A DNA stretch of 63,180 nucleotides, counting the filler, from Octopus bimaculoides (taxonomy: Eukaryota), in assembly GCF_001194135.2 (NCBI RefSeq). It is 7 parts of 7 records of this genome, joined end to end, with 100 filler letters (N's around TTAATTAATTAA, not from the genome) between each part and the next. Parts side by side here need not be neighbours in the genome. Positions count along the whole stretch, not along the records: positions 1 to 8,560 come from NC_069007.1; positions 8,661 to 17,142 come from NC_068983.1; 5 more parts are not named here. One strand, given 5' to 3'. A program made the translations under genes and the position numbers. Under the pieces are notes generated by a model. It searched no databases, was not told the DNA's origin, and worked only from the letters and a program-made list of their open reading frames with translations. This document shows positions 1 through 8,698 of the stretch, piece after piece; the stretch's first letter is position 1, and every line of letters starts with the position of its first letter.

Positions 1-343
1 GAAAGGAAGAAAGGCAAAGTCCACCTTGGAAGAATTTGAACTCGGGATGTAAGCCAGAAGAAGTGCTGCAAAGCATTTTGTCCAGCATAATGATTCTGTC
101 ACCTCCATAATAATAATAATAATAATCTTTTCTACTAAAGGCACAAGGCCTGAAATTTTGCAGGGAGGGGACTAATCAATTACATTGACCCCCAGTGTTT
201 CAGTGGTACTTACTTTATCGACCCTGAAAGGATGAAAGGTACAGTTGACCTCAGCGGAATTTGAACTCAGAATGTAAGGACGGACAAAATACTAAGCATT
301 TTGCCCGGCGTGCCAATGATTTTGACAGCCCTCCCTCCGCCTT
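1..343 (-). mobile_element. Two head-to-tail copies of tRNA-like SINE family A (1-106 and 125-343)
   Basis: Recurrent ggcggcgagctggcag...gttctgagttcaaattccgccgaggtcgactttgcctttcatcc body with an (ATT)n tail. About 18 copies in the window. Confidence 0.85.
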
Positions 344-499
344 CATCTTCTTAATAATAACAATAATAACAATAATAATAATAATAATAAATATATTTTG
401 TTCTTGTAAAAAAAATATTGAATCAGCAGCCATTAAGAATAATAATTTTGGAATGAGAATTTCCGGATCCTTCTCCTGTTTTCAAAGACTTTGTTCTCT

Positions 500-541
500 T
501 CATCGTAATTTAGACAGCAGTATTTCATTCTTTCGGCATTC
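500..541 (-). CDS. CCDC93: CCDC93 terminal coding exon (ECRKNEILLSKLR*)
   Basis: ttctag acceptor, phase 0, TGA stop at 502-500. Resembles the recalled human CCDC93 C-terminus EGRKNEMLLSK. Confidence 0.93.
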   Translation of the reverse strand, partial: ECRKNEILLSKLR

Positions 542-696
542 CTAGAACAAAAAGAGGAGGAAATTAGAAATTCATAATAATAATTCCACTGGAATTTTTA
601 TTATTCATCCCTAGAATATAACTGGTAGTTATTTGTTTGTATTAGAACAAGAATTAGAATGCCAAATGGCTGTTAGAAGTTGGTGAAGCATCATAC

Positions 697-810
697 CTCT
701 TGGAAGTCTTTGACAGTCTTGAAGTAGAGTCTTTGACTCTCAATTAATTCCAGATATTGGTCATTGAATTGGTCACGCTTCATTTTCTCTTCTTGTTTCT
801 TTTTCTCCAC
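697..810 (-). CDS. CCDC93: CCDC93 exon ([38 protein letters not shown])
   Basis: cag|GTG acceptor, GAG|gtatga donor, 114 nt, phase 0/0. Strong similarity to recalled CCDC93 ([38 protein letters not shown]). Confidence 0.95.
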
Positions 811-847
811 CTGTGGATATATAATAATAAATTATTATTATTATTAT

Positions 848-1063
848 TTCAAATATTTGCTACAAGGGCAGCTTGGGAGAGGTGGGGATGAGTCGATTAC
901 GTCGACCCCAGTGCGTAACTGGTACTTCATTTATTGACCTTGAAAGGATGAAAGGCGAAGTTGACCTCAGCGGAATTTGAACTTGGAATGTAGCAACAGG
1001 CGAAATACCACTAAGTATTTCGTCCAGTGTGCTAACGACTCTGCCAGCTCATCACCTTATGTA

Positions 1064-1107
<44 letters not shown>

Positions 1108-1265
1108 CCTTTTTACTGGAAGCACAAGGCATCAAATTTGGAGGAAGCGATTAAGTCGATCACATCAACCCCAGAGGGTAACTGGTACTTAGTTTATCGA
1201 CTCCAAAATGACGGAAAGCAGAGTCGACCGCAGCGGAATTTGAACTCAGAACGTAGCGACAAGAT
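848..1265 (-). mobile_element. Two copies of SINE family A (848-1057, 1106-1265) separated by (AAT)n
   Basis: Same body sequence as 125-343. Confidence 0.85.
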
Positions 1266-1428
1266 CATAGTCTGTATTCCTGGGATGATTACAGTGCAGT
1301 CCGTAGTGCCCATGGACATCGGGGTGTGGGGTGTGGGAGGGGATCATGTTCATGCATTCATTTCTTTGGCTGATATGTATACACACACACACGTTACAAT
1401 AACTTGATGTAGACAGCTGTTACATTAC

Positions 1429-1513
1429 CTTCAGCCGGTTTTGTTTCACTCCTTCAACAATTTGTTCCATCTGTCGCAGAAACTGTTCTTTTGTAGCAGT
1501 TGATGCCATAGCC
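1429..1513 (-). CDS. CCDC93: CCDC93 exon ([28 protein letters not shown])
   Basis: ccag acceptor, gtaatg donor, 85 nt, phase 2/0. [12 protein letters not shown] motif. Confidence 0.95.
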
Positions 1514-1689
1514 CTGGTGGGGAATAAACAGTAAATTTACTTTAGGTTTCTCACTAATAATCAGAAATAGCTGCCAAATATCTTTACTGTCTTTAAAAAA
1601 AAAAAAAAAAAAAATGGAATGATACATCAAGCAATGTCATCCTGGATACACTATGCCTGAATTAAAAAAAACAAAAAAAAAAAACGGAC

Positions 1690-1839
1690 TTACTAACCAC
1701 ATGGTTCTGGGTTCAGTCCCACTGCACGGCACCTACTATAGCCTTGGGCCGACCAAAGCTTTGTGAGTGGATTTGTTAGACAGAAACTGAGAAAAGCCTG
1801 TCGTATACATACATATATATGTATGTGTGTATGTATGTA

Positions 1840-1877
<38 letters not shown>

Positions 1878-2072
1878 TGTGTTTGCCCCCCAACATCGCT
1901 TGATAACAGATGTTTGTGTTTGCATCCCTGTAACTTAGCAGTTTGGCAAAAGAGAACCGACAGAATAAGTACTAGGCTTTACTGAGAATAAGTCCTGGGG
2001 GTCAATTCGCTCGACTAAAGGCGGTGCTCCAGCATGGCCGCAGTCAAATGACAGAAACAAATAAAAAGAATA
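1690..2072 (+). mobile_element. Composite SINE B+C: tRNA-derived head, internal (TATG)/(GT)n, conserved 3' module
   Basis: B-box-like ggttcagtccc, then gccttgggccgaccaaag, microsatellite, then gtttgcccccaacatcgc...gcggtgctccagcatggccgcagtcaaatgac. Many copies in the window. Confidence 0.85.
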
Positions 2073-2117
2073 AAAAAAAGATATTATCTTGTGCCTGTTA
2101 TTTAAGTAGATACTTAC

Positions 2118-2155
2118 TGAGTAAAGTTTTCATGTATGGAGTTGAGCAGGTTGAC
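2118..2155 (-). CDS. CCDC93: CCDC93 exon (VNLLNSIHENFTQ)
   Basis: aacag acceptor, gtaagt donor, 38 nt, phase 0/2. LLNSIHENF motif. Confidence 0.93.
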
Positions 2156-2214
2156 CTGTTGGAGGAAACAAAGAGGATTTCATTGAAACATTTACTGTAC
2201 ACAGATAATAAGCA

Positions 2215-2462
2215 ACATCATCATCGTCGTTTAACGTCCGCTTTCCTTGCTGGCATGGGTTGGACGGTTTGACAGAGGGCTGGCAAGCCAGAAGGCTGTA
2301 CCAGGCTCCAGTCTAATCTGGCAGAGTTTCTACAGCTGGATGCCTTTCCTAATGCCAACCACTCCTAGAGTGTAGTAGGTGCTTTTTACATATCACCGGC
2401 ATGAGGGCCAGTCAGGCGGTACTGGCATCGACCACGGTTGAACACTGCTTTCTATGTGTCAC
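2215..2462 (-). mobile_element. RTE-type 3' end / RTE-mobilised SINE (family D) with (GAT)n tail
   Basis: Sense reads ...aggaaaggcatccagctgtagaaac...aacccatgccagcaaggaaagcggacgttaaacgacgatgatg. Related copies at 2880-3020, 3075-3480, 8244-8560, 19865-20112, 22805-23102. Confidence 0.75.
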
Positions 2463-2481
2463 CATATATATATATATATAT

Positions 2482-2660
2482 GGATGGGAGAATTTACGAA
2501 AAAAACACCAGACGAGGACAGGTGGTGTAAACAACAAATGGAAGTACTAGTTTAACGCTCGGGAATAGAGAAAGTCTTTGACGTTTCGAGCCTACGCTCT
2601 TCAACTGAAAGGAACACAGAAAAAAATAAGGAGAGAAACAAAGAGAAAAAAATATATAAA
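2482..2660 (-). mobile_element. Short HHR-bearing repeat (family E), probably PLE-derived
   Basis: Homologous to 27470-27615 (opposite strand) and to fragment 49921-49975. Carries an HHR motif with a mutated core. Confidence 0.7.
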
Positions 2661-2686
2661 TGTAGTGGTCAGCGATCTATCATGGC

Positions 2687-2730
<44 letters not shown>

Positions 2731-2756
2731 ATGCATGTACACACACGTATACATAC

Positions 2757-2839
2757 CTCTTTGTTTCTGTAGAGTTTCGTATCATCGAGGATGTTGTAGT
2801 GTGTGTAGAACTGTTTAGTTTCCTTGTGTTTGGCAGCAA
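2757..2839 (-). CDS. CCDC93: CCDC93 exon (VAAKHKETKQFYTHYNILDDTKLYRNKE)
   Basis: tttcag acceptor, gtatgt donor, 83 nt, phase 1/0. HKETKQF..YN.LDD motif. Confidence 0.94.
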
Positions 2840-3074
2840 CTGAAAGACACAAAAAAAAAAATTAAGAAAGCAGTCATCAACATCATCATTAAATGTCCTC
2901 TTTTCCACACTTGCATGGGTCAGGTGGAATTTGTTGAGGCAGATTTTTTTTTACATCAACCGGGTGCTCTTCCAGTCACCAACACTCACTTGTTTCCAAG
3001 TAAGGTAATAATTCCCCAACAAGGAAACACAAACACACTCCCATGCACGCACACACACACACACACACACCTTG

Positions 3075-3480
3075 GTCATCATTTAACGTCCTTCCCTGCC
3101 AACAGGAATTGGATGGTCTGATAGGAGCTGGCAAGTCAGAGGAGTAGTGCTACACTCTACTGCTTAGGGCCAGGTTTCTATGGCTGGATACTCTTCCTAG
3201 CCCCAACCACTCAACAGAGTGTACTGGGTGCTTTTTATGTGGCACCAGCACCAGTGAGGTCTGCTGTGGTATGGTTTCTATGGCTGGATGTCCACTTAAC
3301 AGAGTGTACTGGGTGCTTTTTATGTGGCACCAGCACCAGTGAGGTCTGCTGTGGTATGGTTTCTATGGCTGGATGTCCTTCCTAATGCCAACCACTTTAC
3401 AGAGTGTACTGGGTGCTCTTTATGTGGAACCAACACCAGTGAAGTCACCGAGTAACTTGCGAGACAGGACCCCACTTGAT
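3075..3480 (-). mobile_element. Family D element with internal tandem duplication
   Basis: Family D motifs. ggtttctatggctggat recurs at 3173, 3273 and 3358. Confidence 0.7.
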
Positions 3481-3768
3481 TGTGGGGGAATGGTATTGAT
3501 GGAGGCAACTTTATGTCAGGTGGTGAGAAATTAAAAAAACATGATAGAGAAACTGGAACAGGATGGTACACAGATGGGATGCCGAATGCACTTTTGCCGA
3601 AGGACAAGAAGCCAAATGGACACAATGTAGAATGTAGAATACTGAAAAGCTATGTTTGTTTAATGGAACTAAATACTTTGGTAAAAGAGTCTGGATATAT
3701 TCAGCAATTACTGGAACTCAACCAGTCTGCTATGAAGAACTGTAAAAACTCTTTCAAGGCCAACTCAC

Positions 3769-3877
3769 CTTGGTTGTAAAGTTCGAAGAAGCGTTTCTGA
3801 TATTGACTCAGTTCAACACGAGATGGTACATCGTCGATCTTCCGCTGCAGAGAGGCAATTTCACGGTTTGTTTTCGC
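3769..3877 (-). CDS. CCDC93: CCDC93 exon ([36 protein letters not shown])
   Basis: tttcag acceptor, gtgagt donor, 109 nt, phase 0/1. NREIA.L.RKID.VPSR.EL.QYQKRF.ELY is characteristic of CCDC93. Confidence 0.96.
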
Positions 3878-4823
3878 CTGAAAAAAGAAAAAAAAACAAA
3901 ACAAAAATGAAATGAAATAAATATTTTTAAAAAAAAGTCTTCAAAAATAAAACGAATATTACCTGAATCATAGACCCTATTACAGGATCAACCATTATCT
4001 GGCAGTAGGGAGGGGACAGAGAAATATTTGTGATGGTGAATAAGCACAATGTTAGGGTGCTTATATTATACCCGTTTACCACCATGAACTATGGACCCTA
4101 ATTGTAAGAACGTCTGTCTGGGAGAAGAATACTTGGATGTTAAAACTGAAGATTATTTCAGTTGGGGGATTGAGAGGAATTCTCTTTTCAAAGAAAACAG
4201 AATTCAATTATGAGTATATTATCAGAGAACCAGAGGTGGGTGGCCTTGGGTAGATTGGTATCAGAGAATCATAGACGATGGTCCCAGGTGGACTGCTATT
4301 ATAAAATCGAAAGTGGTGGTCTCAGATGGGTTGATAGTAAAAAGATTAAAGTGAACCAATAAATTTTCATGAGAGAAAAAAAAAAACAAAAAAAAACTCA
4401 ATGAACAATTCTGGTCCACAATTACAGGGGAGACAACTCTGGAATTTGAAATAATTACAACAAAATGTTTGTGGGGCAGGGTTGAAATAATTAGTTTTAT
4501 ATATGCTATTTGAGTGCATATAAGACCCCCACCCCTGCACCAAATCTCCCTTTCCCCAAAACCTAACTCCGGGTCCTATATGCGAATTTGGTCCTCCCAA
4601 GGCTAATTTCATCTGTGACGCTCACTCTAATATGCTTATTTTTATCCAAACTCAGATAATCCTTTCTACTGAGCCGGACTCCAAAACAATATTTACTTAA
4701 AAAGGACAGGCAAACAAGTCTAATGCACTAAAAACCTTTTTTTCCCTTAGCATCTGCTGTTGAAATTGGGGGATGTTTAATATGGCTGGGTGTGTTTCAT
4801 GCCATCAAATGCAATATTCTCAC

Positions 4824-4895
4824 CTGCAACAGTTTGATCTTCTGTAGTTTTTCTTTGTCTGCATCATATTGACTTTCAATCAATGATACTCGCTG
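4824..4895 (-). CDS. CCDC93: CCDC93 exon ((Q)RVSLIESQYDADKEKLQKIKLLQ)
   Basis: Tandem cagcag acceptor (start 4895 or 4892), gtgaga donor, phase 0/0. Resembles recalled EKEKLYKIRLLQ. Confidence 0.9.
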
Positions 4896-5300
4896 CTGGG
4901 AATTAGAAAGAAAAATAGAAATAAATAAAAAGATTTTGAAGATTTTTAAGTGGAATGTGTCAACATGTATCTACGTGCATGTGTGGGTGTGTTTGTGTGT
5001 GTATATATAGTGAGAGTGTGTGTGTGTGTGTGTGTCTGTGTGTGTGTGTGTGTGTGTGTGTATAGTTCATGAGTGTGTTTGAGTATGTGTGTGTGTATAC
5101 ATACATATATATATATATGATGAGAATGTATAGTGTGTATCTGTATGTGGTGAGTTATAAAATGTGTGTACAGGTAAAGTGATGGAATGTAGAGTAAAGC
5201 TGGAAGTACAGGTACACATGTGTTGTGTATATATGTATACCTGTGTTTATATAGAAGTATGACTGACATCCACAAACACACACACACACACCCCGCTTAC

Positions 5301-5375
5301 CTTATCGTCAGAATCATCTTCAGCATTTTCATCTTTCAATTTCTGAATGTTCTGTTTTAACCTGGACATCTCTTC
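5301..5375 (-). CDS. CCDC93: CCDC93 exon (EEMSRLKQNIQKLKDENAEDDSDDK)
   Basis: ttccag acceptor, gtaagc donor, 75 nt, phase 0/0. Resembles recalled EEMTRLQQEIENLK. Confidence 0.9.
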
Positions 5376-5379
5376 CTGG

Positions 5380-5413
5380 AATAATAATGATAACAATAAC
5401 GATAATAATGATG

Positions 5414-5456
<43 letters not shown>

Positions 5457-5458
5457 TG

Positions 5459-5496
<38 letters not shown>

Positions 5497-5680
5497 TTCT
5501 ACTGGAAGCACAAGGCTTCAAATTTGGGGGAAGGGATTAAGTTGATTACACTGACCCCAGTGCGCAACTTGTACTTATTTAATCGACCCTGAAAGGATAA
5601 ACGGCAAAGTGGATCTCGGTGGGATTTGAAATCAGAACATAACAGCAGACACAATACCACTAAGCATTTCACCCGACAAT
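5380..5680 (-). mobile_element. SINE family A with long (ATT)n tail (5380-5495) abutting a CCDC93 splice acceptor
   Basis: SINE A body at 5495-5680, with the microsatellite running to the AG at 5377-5376. Confidence 0.8.
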
Positions 5681-5780
5681 ATCCAAAGATATTGGTGCTT
5701 GGAATCAAAGAATGAAAGCAAGACATGATAGAGTGGAGGGAATTGAGTGACCGTGTGGTCTGGGTATACCATAGACCTAC

Positions 5781-5862
5781 CTTGCAATGAGATTTGAACT
5801 CTTGTTCCTGTTTCTTCAGGTTTTCATTCATTGCAACTAAATTCCTCAATTCTTCAAGGACA
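5781..5862 (-). CDS. CCDC93: CCDC93 exon (VLEELRNLVAMNENLKKQEQEFKSHCK)
   Basis: tgcag acceptor, gtaggt donor, 82 nt, phase 2/0. LVAMNENLK.QEQEFK.HC motif. Confidence 0.95.
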
Positions 5863-6164
5863 CTGCAAAAGGATAAAACAATAATAATGACAAACACGAA
5901 AAGATGAAGATGATGGTGGTGGTGAATTACTGGCACTGCTCTTGGAAACTCTGAAGAGTCATTGGTGCTTCTCCTTCTCTTCTGACTAAACAACAACAAC
6001 AACAATAAAAACAATAACGCTTTAGTGTTTCCAAAATTAAAGCATATTCAACATTCGAGCGAAGTTCTCTATACTGAAAAATAATCCAAAATAAAAACTG
6101 GAAGTTATAATTCTCAATCTAAGGATTATTTGCAAAGATTTTTATTGCAATGATATTAAGCAAT

Positions 6165-6328
6165 GATTGTTTGTCAACATAACATGGCAGTCCTGGTTTA
6201 GGACTAATGTTGTTGTAATTTAGCCCAGGATCGTGTCGTATAGACAGCTGGAGACGATGTCTCCTGGAGCTAAATTACAGCAACATTCGTCCTAAACCAG
6301 GACTGCCATGTTATGTTGGCAAACAATC
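6165..6328. mobile_element. MITE-like inverted repeat (about 65 bp arms, about 31 nt loop)
   Basis: gattgtttgtcaacataacatggcagtcctggtttaggac...ccagga pairs with tcctgg...gtcctaaaccaggactgccatgttatgttggcaaacaatc. Confidence 0.8.
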
Positions 6329-6634
6329 TTTACTACAAAGTACTGTTGCTGAATATCTCAAGTCGTGAGATTCAAAAATAGATATTAAACGTCCTAAACA
6401 CTGAAAGCAAGATAAGGTAACTCTTCTGTATGCTAGCAGCAGCAGCAGCCGCTGTCGCCGAGTAATTATGAACTTTTCAGAGGGAAATTAATTAATTCGG
6501 CAATTGATTTAAATATTCATTAAAAATATTATGAAATAACAAAAACTGAATTTTTCTTTTCTTTTTTTTTTGCAATACAGGCAAATTAATTTGAATATAA
6601 ATAAATTGAAGTTGAAATGATCTAAGTTACAAAC

Positions 6635-6703
6635 CCTTGGTTCTCAGAAGTCTCCATTTCATTCAGTTTGTCCATTTCCGCATCGATTCGTTCCGAACGT
6701 TGA
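6635..6703 (-). CDS. CCDC93: CCDC93 exon, 5' part lost in gap (QRSERIDAEMDKLNEMETSENQG)
   Basis: Open frame ending GG|gtttgt (phase 2, matches the next exon). The acceptor lies in the N run starting at 6704. Confidence 0.8.
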
Positions 6704-7228
6704 NNNNNNNNNNNNNNNNNNNNNNNNNNNNNNNNNNNNNNNNNNNNNNNNNNNNNNNNNNNNNNNNNNNNNNNNNNNNNNNNNNNNNNNNNNNNNNNNN
6801 NNNNNNNNNNNNNNNNNNNNNNNNNNNNNNNNNNNNNNNNNNNNNNNNNNNNNNNNNNNNNNNNNNNNNNNNNNNNNNNNNNNNNNNNNNNNNNNNNNNN
6901 NNNNNNNNNNNNNNNNNNNNNNNNNNNNNNNNNNNNNNNNNNNNNNNNNNNNNNNNNNNNNNNNNNNNNNNNNNNNNNNNNNNNNNNNNNNNNNNNNNNN
7001 NNNNNNNNNNNNNNNNNNNNNNNNNNNNNNNNNNNNNNNNNNNNNNNNNNNNNNNNNNNNNNNNNNCCAAGGTTCATGAACTCATATAAAAAGGAAATAA
7101 TTCACCATTATATATTTTATACTGTGAAACTTAATTTAATTTTAATTTTTAATAAATTTAATTTAATTGAGTTTTTACCTGTAAATTTGGATTTTTATCC
7201 CTAATATTATTATTATTATATATACATC

Positions 7229-7474
7229 TTTGGAGAGAAGATTTTTTTTCTCAAACAGTTAAGATTGAGAAAAGAACCTTTTATAAAGTCGAAAGACACT
7301 AACCTTTGCGAAGAGATTTCACAAGATGTGTGTGGCCTTAAGCGCTTGGACATCTATAAAAGCAAAGGTCACACACATTTTGTGAAATCTCTTCCCAAAG
7401 GTTAGTGTCTTTCGACTCTCTAAAAAGGTTCTTTTCTCAATCTTAACTCTTTGAGAAAAAATCTTCACTCCAAA
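7229..7474. mobile_element. MITE-like long inverted repeat (about 110 bp arms, 25 nt loop)
   Basis: Arm 7229-7339 is the near-perfect reverse complement of 7365-7474 (e.g. gtcgaaagacactaacctttg / caaaggttagtgtctttcgac). Confidence 0.85.
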
Positions 7475-7512
7475 TATTATAACTGTATCAAGGAATTTCC
7501 AAAACACTCTAA

Positions 7513-7543
<31 letters not shown>

Positions 7544-7822
7544 CGTGTGTATATGTGTATATATATAAAATGATTAGGATGATTAGATGCAATTTAAAAC
7601 CAAAAAAGAAATAATTCACCATTACTAAAAGTGACTAAGGGTGCAGAACAGCACTAGTATTGCTAGAAATAAGAGTCAAAAGACTCTCTAGCCACAAACG
7701 AAGCACATGTTCTACATAGTGACAAGGGAGATTAAACTCCCCATAGCAAGCAAGAGTATCAGATTGGCACACTAATTTCACACACACACAGACCCATATG
7801 TATGTATATTTATATATATATG

Positions 7823-7855
<33 letters not shown>

Positions 7856-7910
7856 CGAGAGAGAGAGCGAGAGAGAGAGAGATAGAGAGAGAGAGAAAGA
7901 AAAATGTTAC

Positions 7911-7973
7911 CGTCTGAAAATTTTCCTGTGTTTCCTTATATTCCTCTTGGAGTTGTTCATGTTTGGTTTTCAT
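7911..7973 (-). CDS. CCDC93: CCDC93 exon (MKTKHEQLQEEYKETQENFQT)
   Basis: ctgttgtag acceptor, gtaaca donor, 63 nt, phase 0/0. Coiled-coil composition, position fits CCDC93 about residues 340-360. Confidence 0.75.
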
Positions 7974-8243
7974 CTACAACAGAGAGACACAGGTGAGTAT
8001 AGACATAGGTGAGTACTTAATAGCTCTTTTCTCTCTCCATATTCCATTTTAGTACATATTTTTGATAAGGTTTTTCAAAAATCCAAACATGTAAAACAAA
8101 ACCAAAACATTCTTCTTTTAATGTATTTATATAAAGGAAAATTAAAATGTACTCAATTTTAAGAAAGTAGCATTTTCATTCTTCTTTTTCATAAATATCT
8201 ACTTACTCGTGTGTTACCTCTACACATTTAATATATATATATA

Positions 8244-8560
8244 TCATCATCATCGTAGTTTAACGTCCACTTTCCATGCTAGCATGGGTTGAACGATTTG
8301 ACTGAGGACTGGCGAACCAGATGGCTACACCAGGCTCCAATCTGATCTGGCAGAGTTTCTACAGCTGGATGCCCTTCCTAACACCAACCACTCCGAGAGT
8401 GTAGTGGGTGCTTTTACGTGCCACCGGCACAAGGGCCAGTTAGGTGGTACTGGTGACGGCCACGCTCAAAATGGTGTATTTTACGTGCCACCTGCACAGG
8501 AGCCAGTCCATTGGCACTGGCAACGATCTCGCTCGGATGTCTTTTCATGTGCCACTGGCA
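8244..8560 (-). mobile_element. Family D (RTE-type tail) element
   Basis: Same sequence as 2215-2462. Ends at the assembly join. Confidence 0.8.
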
Positions 8561-8660
8561 NNNNNNNNNNNNNNNNNNNNNNNNNNNNNNNNNNNNNNNN
8601 NNNNTTAATTAATTAANNNNNNNNNNNNNNNNNNNNNNNNNNNNNNNNNNNNNNNNNNNN
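8561..8660. other. Assembly join pad N44-TTAATTAATTAA-N44 (also 17143-17242, 23928-24027, 29128-29227, 52132-52231, 62069-62168)
   Basis: Six identical 100-nt pads. TTAATTAATTAA places stops in all six frames and is artificial. Confidence 0.95.

Positions 8661-8698
<38 letters not shown>

Noticed and set aside
3480-3779. 99-aa plus-strand ORF
   Set aside because: Lies antisense in a CCDC93 intron and overlaps an exon edge. No recognisable motif.
8605-8616. TTAATTAATTAA palindrome recurring six times
   Set aside because: Always centred in exactly 44+44 Ns, so it is assembly padding and not biological.
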